Origin: Eledone cirrhosa
Lineage: Eukaryota
Assembly (NCBI GenBank): GCA_964016885.1
Contig: OZ024742.1
Span: 33,604,001-33,668,000, forward strand
Direction: 5' to 3'
DNA: 64,000 nucleotides
Shown: one piece after another, positions 63,984-64,000 of the stretch
How positions within the stretch are numbered: the stretch's first letter is position 1
Layout of the letters: each line of letters begins with the position of its first letter
Translations under genes and position numbers: made by a program
The notes under the pieces: model-generated
Told to the model about the DNA's origin: nothing
Database searches by the model: none
The model's input: only the letters and a program-made list of their open reading frames with translations

Positions 63984-64000
63984 ACTACTACTACTACTAC

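Overview
AT-rich, eukaryotic, repeat-dominated DNA with no complete host gene. The two tRNA-SINE families and the very long (TA)n/(CA)n/(ATGT)n arrays suggest a cephalopod such as octopus (inference). Almost all long ORFs in the track are microsatellite artefacts. The real content is transposon debris: a Helitron Rep fragment and non-autonomous Helitrons, CR1/L2, RTE, R4, CRE and Tx1/L1 non-LTR fragments, mariner and hAT pseudogenes, MITEs and many SINEs. The main signal is a 6.1-kb head-to-head palindrome of a Penelope-like element (RT + GIY-YIG, 22192-28322) with a hammerhead ribozyme in each pLTR. Around it are about a dozen other minimal type-I hammerhead motifs (CUGANGA...GAAA...UH, often with a palindromic stem/loop III), mostly sequence-unrelated. 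They lie in short non-coding islands within or beside (TA)n tracts, and several islands are fold-back palindromes. Secondary signals are tandem Tx1 copies truncated at the same point in (TATC)n and a bipartite RTE-derived non-autonomous element sitting in (TA)n/(ATGT)n. All folds and alignments were read by eye, and coordinates are approximate to a few bases.
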